Below, one piece after another: positions 58,092-64,000 of a stretch of DNA of 64,000 nt. This stretch comes from Rebecca billardiae RCC1528 (lineage: Eukaryota; Protista; Haptophyta). The stretch is from contig OZ251249.1 in assembly GCA_965240325.2 (NCBI GenBank), positions 992,001 through 1,056,000 on the forward strand. Direction: 5' to 3'. The number at the start of each line of letters is the position of its first letter. Position 1 is the first letter of the stretch. The position numbers were made by a program, and so were the translations under genes. The notes below the pieces were generated by a model. That model was not told where the DNA came from, made no database searches, and was given only the letters and a program-made list of their open reading frames with translations.

Positions 58092-59386
58092 CCACCCGTT
58101 CCACGAGGTGTTGTTCCGCCTCCAAGGCGCCCCGCACCCGGCTCGTGGCGGCAGGATGGCGATCAAGTGGCGCGTGGCCGACGTGCGGCCCGAGAGAAAC
58201 GTGACTTGGGCGCCGCGCGCCGCGCTGGTGGGGTGGCCTGGACCCATGCGCGCCTTCGAACCCCCGTCGACCGCGCGCGCATCGGCTTCCTCCGCCTGCG
58301 AGTCGCCCGCGACCGCGCCCGCCGCCCGCTTGGAGTGGGTTGACCGCGCCCGAGCCTGCTCGCCGCCGAGCGCAGGGATGAGTTGAGCGCGGCGCGAGGC
58401 GGCGATCGTGGTCGGGCGATCGCATGCGCCCATATGGGCCCCATCTGCCACGGCGCGACCGCTTCAGCATGCGTATGTGACGCCACTTGTCATGGTTGTC
58501 TCATGTCGCGTAGCAGGTGAGCACTGTCGGCCAGCGTGTCCGCGCGCGCGCGCGCCTGAGCAGGGCCAGACGGGTCTGAAACACGTCACAGTTGGCACCA
58601 GGGCATGCTGATTGCCGTGTATTGCCCAGCGTGGGTCACCAAGGGCATGCCCTTCACTGCACTGCCAGCTCGCAACGTGCGTCAATGCTGACGGCAACTC
58701 CGGTCGAGAAGAACTTGCTTGAGTTCTCGTCGCGAACACGGCATCAGCAGACGCCACATGACTACGGATGCGGACCACTCGTGCCACCCAGTTTGCGCAG
58801 TGCAGACATCACGAGACGCCACAGAGCGGCATCCGACCCGCAGAGCCCTGCGCGCGCGCGCGCGCGCGGACACGCTGGCCGACAGTGCTCACCTGCTACC
58901 CGACATGAGACAGCCATGACAAGTGGGGTCACATACGCATGCTGAAGCGGTCGCGCCGTGGCAGATGGGGCCCATATGGGCGCATGCGATCGCCCGACCA
59001 CGATCGCCGCCTCGCGCCGCGCTCAACTCATCCCTGCGCTCGGCGGCGAGCAGGCTCGGGCGCGGTCAACCCACTCCAAGCGGGCGGCGGGCGCGGTCGC
59101 GGGCGACTCGCAGGCGGAGGAAGCCGATGCGCGCGCGGTCGCCGGGGGTTCGAAGGCGCGCATGGGTCCAGGCCACACCGCCAGCGCGGCGCGCGGCGCA
59201 AACAGCAACTCCTCGACAGCAGAGCGCGTAGACCGCCTCGACGTCGACGTCGCCCGCCCGCCCCCGCCCCTCTCAACGGCCGCGGCCCCGCGTGCGCTCA
59301 CTGTGGTCCGGGAGGGGTTTAGGTCGTCCACGACCTAAACCCCTCCCGGACCGTGTCCGAACTAATCGCCTTTCTGGAACGGGTGG
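58092..59386. repeat. Foldback cassette copy 2 (Y'-A-L-A'-X'), 1.29 kb
   Basis: Terminal IR CCACCCGTTCCA / TGGAACGGGTGG. The flanks are inverted relative to copy 1, but the loop is in the same orientation. Confidence 0.85.
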
Positions 59387-59598
59387 CTTGAACACGCTGC
59401 ACTCATCTCAGTGGTCAGACAATTCATCAGTATGGGTAGTTCCGTCAATCACGCCTTACTTTATCATAGATCGCAGGTCCTACCTGCGTCGTTAAATCAT
59501 ATAGAATGAGTAAACTGTACATCTATGTTTCAACGACACTTGATTTTAAGGCGTGATTGACGCCACGACAGTACCCGCGTGGCCGTGTCGCCTTCCTT

Positions 59599-62086
59599 AT
59601 GTCGGGCTCCCGCAACCACTCCACCATGGCCCGCGCCGCGCCCGTCGTGCCGGGCGAAGAGCCTTCCGCCCACAGCGGCAGCCCTTCGCACACCGTGCAG
59701 CAAGCTTACTCGCCGGTGGTGGACGCCGCCGCTGCCAAGCTGTCGTGGTTCGGCCGCTTTGCGTCGGCCGAGCTCGAGACCGAGTTTGTGAGCGACCGCC
59801 GGCGCGATCTGGCGCGCTCGTACTTCTACGTGGTGCTCGTCGTCTTCGTCCTCTCGACCGCCCGGCTGGTCCTTGCGCTCATGAGGCCGGCCGCGTCGCC
59901 GTCCGCGCTGAGCGAGGGGCTCACGCACGGGCTGTACGCGTTCAACTTGCCGCCGCTCGTGCTCTACTTGCACGTTTGGCGCTGGCCGGAAGGCGTGGGC
60001 GCTCGCGTGCCGACCTGGGCGCTCGACGCCAGCTTCGTCGTGTGGGTCCTGTCGAAGTCCATCATCCTCGTCGTCGACCCCGTGCGGCTCGCGCTGCTCG
60101 ATCCGCTCACAACCGGCCGCCCCAACCCGCCCGAGGTCGTCGAGGCGACGCTGCAGCTCTCGGGCTGGCTCTTGTACGTGCGCGTGCTCGCCCTGCTCAT
60201 GACTGCCGGGCTCTTCACGCGCATGCAGCTGCCCACCTTTGCGATCACGTGCGTCACGTCGGGCCTGCTCACGATCGCGGCCGAGCTCCTTTCGCCTTCG
60301 CAGCTTGGCCGCGTGCTCCTCACGCAGGCCCCGCTCACGATCTTCTGCCTGGCGGCCGTCGTGCGCTCGACGATGCACCGCGTGCGCACCGAGCGCGCGA
60401 TGTGGTCGTACCGCCGCGAGGTGGTGCGCGCCGCGCGCATGTGGGACGGGGTCAAGCTCGTCGAGCTCGAGGCGCGCGAGCGCGCGTCGCGGCTCGAGGC
60501 GGCCAAGACGGCGCGCGCGCGGCTGATCCGCGTCGTGATGCACGACCTGCGCTCGCCGCTGCTCTCCGTGCGCAACATGGTGGACACGCTCGCCGAGCTG
60601 GCGCCCGCGACGCCGCTCGCCGACGCGGGCGTGGCGCGCTCGCTCTCCGCCCTCGTCACGTGCACATCGATGATGGAGGGCATCGTCTCGGACATGCTCG
60701 ACTTTGAGCGCATCGACTCGGGCCGGCTGCAGCTCGCCGTGCGGCCGTTCGAGCTCGAGCGGATGCTGTCCGATGCGGAGGTGGCGTTCGCCACGCTCGC
60801 CGAGCGCAAGGGCCTGCGCGTCCACTTCGAGCCGCTCCCGCCCGAGCTCGCAGGCGCGCGGTACTGGGGCGACTCGCGCCGCCTCCTCCAGTGCCTCGGC
60901 AACGGGCTGTCCAACGCGGTCAAGTTCACCGAGAAGGGCGGCACGATCACGCTCAGCGCGAGCGAGGGTGCGCCGGTCGAGCCAGTGGGGTCCCCTGAGC
61001 TTGCCGGCGCCGAGGCCGGCGACGACGATGCGAGCGGCGGCACGCCCGTGCCCGCGCCCGCGGAGGCCGAGCGCACCCTCCGCATCCGCATCGTCGACTC
61101 GGGCGTGGGCCTCGCGCTCGACGAGCTGGACGTGCTCCACAAGGGCGAGGCGTTCGCGCAGGTGGGCAAAGGGCAGCTGCAGGGCAACGGCGGGACCGGG
61201 CTGGGGCTCACCATCGTGCGGCACATCCTGCGCCTCCACTCGGGCTCGCACCTCGCGCTCGCCTCCTCCGGGCCCGGGCAAGGCACGACGTTCGAGCTCG
61301 TGCTCCGGCTGCGACGCGCCGGCGGCGCGGCGGCCGACGGGCCCGAGCAGACGGCCGGCTCGATCTCTGCCGCCGGCGAGGCGGGCACGGCGCCGCCCGC
61401 GCCGCCGGCGCGCCCGCTCGCGTGCCTGCACGTCGAGGACGACCAGATGCTGCAGCTCACGCTCGGCGCGCGCCTCTTCGCCGACCCGCAGCGCGCGATC
61501 GCCGTCGTCGCGTCGGACGGCCGCGAGGCGCTCGAGCTCGTCAACGCGCGCGCCGTCGCGGGCGAGCCGGCGTTCGACCTCGTGCTGATGGACAACCAGG
61601 TGCGCCCAGAGCGAAGCCGCAGGCGCGCCCCGAGGCCGTAGGGAGGCGTGGCCCGCGGCGCGATCGCGCGCGCCCCCAGCGCGTGCGGCGTCTCGCTGAC
61701 GCGCCCACGCGCCCGCGCACCCGCACCCCGGCGCAGATGCCGCGGCTGGGCGGCACCGGCGCGACGGCGGAGCTGCGCGCGCGCGGCTTCACCGGCGTGA
61801 TCGTCGGCATGACGGGTGTGCGCCCCGAAGCGCCCGGGTCCTCTGCCCGCGCACCCGCCGCGCCCGAGTGGCGCGCGTGCCCCACGCCTCCCTCCAGCTC
61901 ACGCGTCTGCCGCGCGCCCTTGCGCTCGGCGGTGCGCCCTCAGGCGACCCGGCCGGCAGCCCCGACCGCGTCGAGTTTGAGGCGGCGGGCCTGAACCTCT
62001 GTGTGGACAAGACGCCCGAGGGGCTCGACGTGGTCCTTGCCGAGATGGCGCGCCTGCTCAGCGAGCCAGCGCTGACACCGCTTTGA
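59599..62086 (+). CDS. Membrane-bound hybrid histidine kinase (TM - HisKA - HATPase - REC); introns 61600-61736 and 61816-61943
   Basis: About 5-6 TM helices; H-box VMHDLRSPL; N-box QCLGNGLSNAVKFT; G1 IVDSGVG; G2 GTGLGLTI; receiver LHVEDD...FDLVLMDNQ|MPRLGG...VGMTG|D...CVDK. Confidence 0.93.
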
Positions 62087-62292
62087 AGAGCGGAGGCACC
62101 CTTCTTCGTCAGACTCATCAGCGCAACTAAAGACGAAGATGGAGGCTCGTGTGAGCAGCGTCGCGGGCGCGACCCGGGCCGAGCAGCGAACGGATGCTCG
62201 AGCGCGGGCCGCGGAGCGGATTGGCGGTGGTGCCCGAAGGGATATATAGCTGCTGGTCGTGCGCTGCTCAGTCGTGGCTGCCCGACTTACAG

Positions 62293-63572
62293 CTACTATA
62301 TATATATATATATAAACTGTGCCCTGCGGCGTCGGCGGGGCGGGGTCGGCGGGCCGTGCCAGTGCTGTCGTCGCAATGTCAGTATCCTTTAGTTTGCGCG
62401 GGTAGGTTATATTCGCGTCTTTCCACATGGCATGTGCATTCTGGCGCTCGTGCCCGAGTCACTGAGTCGTGGCCGTGGGTGACGGACAGGCGAGTGCAAG
62501 GACCAGTGAAACGCGGGAAGTTGGCTCCCCGACGTGTAGGCACACGTCTAATCCGAGTCACTGTACTCTTAGTAGTATGCGCATCAGCGAGGCCCCGATA
62601 CCCACGAGGGAATGTGCAGCACGCGGGGCGGGGCGGGTAGCCCGTTGCTCCGCGCGAGCGCGGGTACGCGCTGTATGTGCCGCATGTCGACCGCGATGGC
62701 GTAATCGAGCGCCTCGCCGCCGACGAAGCCGCCAGAGTAGATGGCATCATGAGTTTCATCTCTCTGCGGATGGCATCACGGGCTTGTCTGTGTCGCGCTG
62801 CGGCGAGGGTCGCCAACTCGCGATGACGCAGTTGCTGCCACGGCGACAGACCCGGGAGGTGCGTCCGCTGCGCGTCGTACGCCGTTGGCGCTGCGCTTCC
62901 GTCGCATTGGTCACCGTCGACGCCATGCAGGCCGGAAGTGGGCTTCCGCTGAGGGACCGGACCGCGAGCGAGGACTGAGTCCGGTGCGCGGATTCCGGCG
63001 ATCGAGTTCAGAAGGTCGCGCCAAATCTTGCGTCGCGTGCGATGGCGCTCCCGCCCGCGAGACGCCTCGTGATGAGGGCTTTCTCGCACCGAGCCCGACG
63101 CGCGACGGTGGATCGCGCGAGGCGGTCATCGTACGCAGCGCATGATGCTATGGCCGGTGCGAGCTTTCGACGTGCACGTCGGGCGAGGATCGCCCCAGGT
63201 CTCACGATCGTGTCGACGCGCCGAGCGTACCGCTCCCGCCAGGCGGGTCGATTTGGCCCCCGTTCGACCTGCACGCGAGACGACGAGGGCAGCAATCGCG
63301 AATCGGGCGAAAACTCCCCTCGGGAGTCTTCTCACGATGTCCGCGCCGGCGTTGGATTCGGCGCGCGCCGCCCATGCGCTCCGCGCCATCCAGGACTCTC
63401 TTTCGGCCGAGCGTCCCCAGTGGGAGCTGCGAGCGGGCGCCCGGTAGTGAGCGAAGCGATTTTCTTTTCTTTGCGAGGCGATTTTCTTTTATTTCTTTTT
63501 CGTTTTCTTATCTTTTTCCCGGGCACTATAAGGGGCGGACCTACGGCCCGCCAATATATGCTGTATAGCTAG
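62293..63572 (+). mobile_element. Possible Helitron/Helentron-like non-autonomous element
   Basis: Begins CTACTATATA...TAAA and ends with a T-rich tract, a GC hairpin GGCGGACCTACGGCCCGCC (~63534-63552) and CTAG ~16 nt later. The canonical 5'-TC and A|T target are not seen. Confidence 0.3.
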
Positions 63573-64000
63573 CAGCGCAGCAGCTAGCAGCGCGCTACTT
63601 ATTTATATTCGTAGTCGGCGCATGCAGCAGCCGATCCACCACGACGATTCCCGGGTGGGAGGGGCGGACATTTTGGAGAAGTTCGAATCGGCGGTTTCCG
63701 TCCCGATGTCTATTCACAGGAGCGGTACCGTCGGAGTAATGTAAGTACGTATTTCGCGCGGGTGCAAATCATTAGTGGCACTTGATGAAGTCGTTCCTTC
63801 AATTCCTCGAATCACCTCCGCCCGCTCTATTCACCTACCCCTCGACCTTCGCGTTCCCGGCAAGGAGCGCCCCGGCGCCCGGCGGAAGGGCCGTCCCGGC
63901 GCGAGCCGCTGCCAAAGCCTCGGTGGGCAGCCGGGGGCTGGGTCTCGGCGGACGGGTGCGAGTCGAGTCGGGGCCGCGCGGGGGCCGAACGGGCGGGGGA

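Larger units (their letters stand above)
53196..59512 (-). mobile_element. 6.3-kb tyrosine-recombinase-bearing element (DIRS/Ngaro/Crypton-like derivative) bounded by AGTA direct repeats
   Basis: Removing it restores the TSD of the neighbouring element. It contains a YR pseudogene and has weak terminal symmetry (TATTCTGTATTA vs reverse complement CATTCTATATGA). No RT/RNaseH recognised. Confidence 0.65.

Noticed and set aside
54755-59338. ORFs within the foldback cassettes as gag/RT or other proteins
   Set aside because: No RT (YxDD), RNase H, methyltransferase or zinc-knuckle motifs were recognised, and the frames are not preserved between copies.
59314-59343. Telomere-like GGGTTTAGG / CCTAAACCC
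   Set aside because: A single unit per strand forming the stem of a hairpin, not a tandem telomeric array.
59599-62086. Histidine kinase and pssA as bacterial contamination or a prokaryotic operon
   Set aside because: Both contain spliceosomal GT-AG introns with the host's intron style and codon bias.
1-64000. tRNA or rRNA genes
   Set aside because: No cloverleaf with T-loop/D-loop consensus or rRNA-conserved blocks were recognised by eye. A tRNAscan-SE/Infernal run would be needed to exclude them formally.

Overview
Very GC-rich, intron-containing eukaryotic DNA. Short GT-AG introns are filled with (GC)n/(GTGC)n runs, and the style suggests a haptophyte alga such as a Pavlovales species (inference, not verified). 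Almost all long ORFs in the supplied track are GC-driven shadow frames. About 12 real genes can be reconstructed: the end of a GRIP-domain golgin, an F-box/RCC1-repeat gene broken by a 4-bp duplication, a VIT-vWA protein, a PAH+LRR+degenerate TRP-channel-like protein, a large low-complexity membrane protein, an SLC4 bicarbonate transporter, a CaMK-type kinase with a GRAM-like C-terminus, a GT8 glycosyltransferase, an intronless WD40+TRP-like channel, a 2OG-Fe(II) oxygenase-like protein, a PssA-type CDP-alcohol phosphatidyltransferase and a membrane hybrid histidine kinase. The intergenic DNA is rich in transposon derivatives whose ends can be read base by base. The most unusual feature is a nested 7.4-kb insertion (52078-59512). 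An 8-bp-TSD TIR element has had its right TSD split by a 6.3-kb tyrosine-recombinase-bearing segment bounded by AGTA direct repeats. That segment carries a P-like element (7-bp TSD) inside the recombinase gene, and a 3.75-kb multi-level palindrome. The palindrome consists of two ~1.29-kb cassettes present as flip/flop isomers, with locally homogenised arms and a compensatorily covarying hairpin. A 33-bp footprint of the same P-like family lies at 44374-44406.
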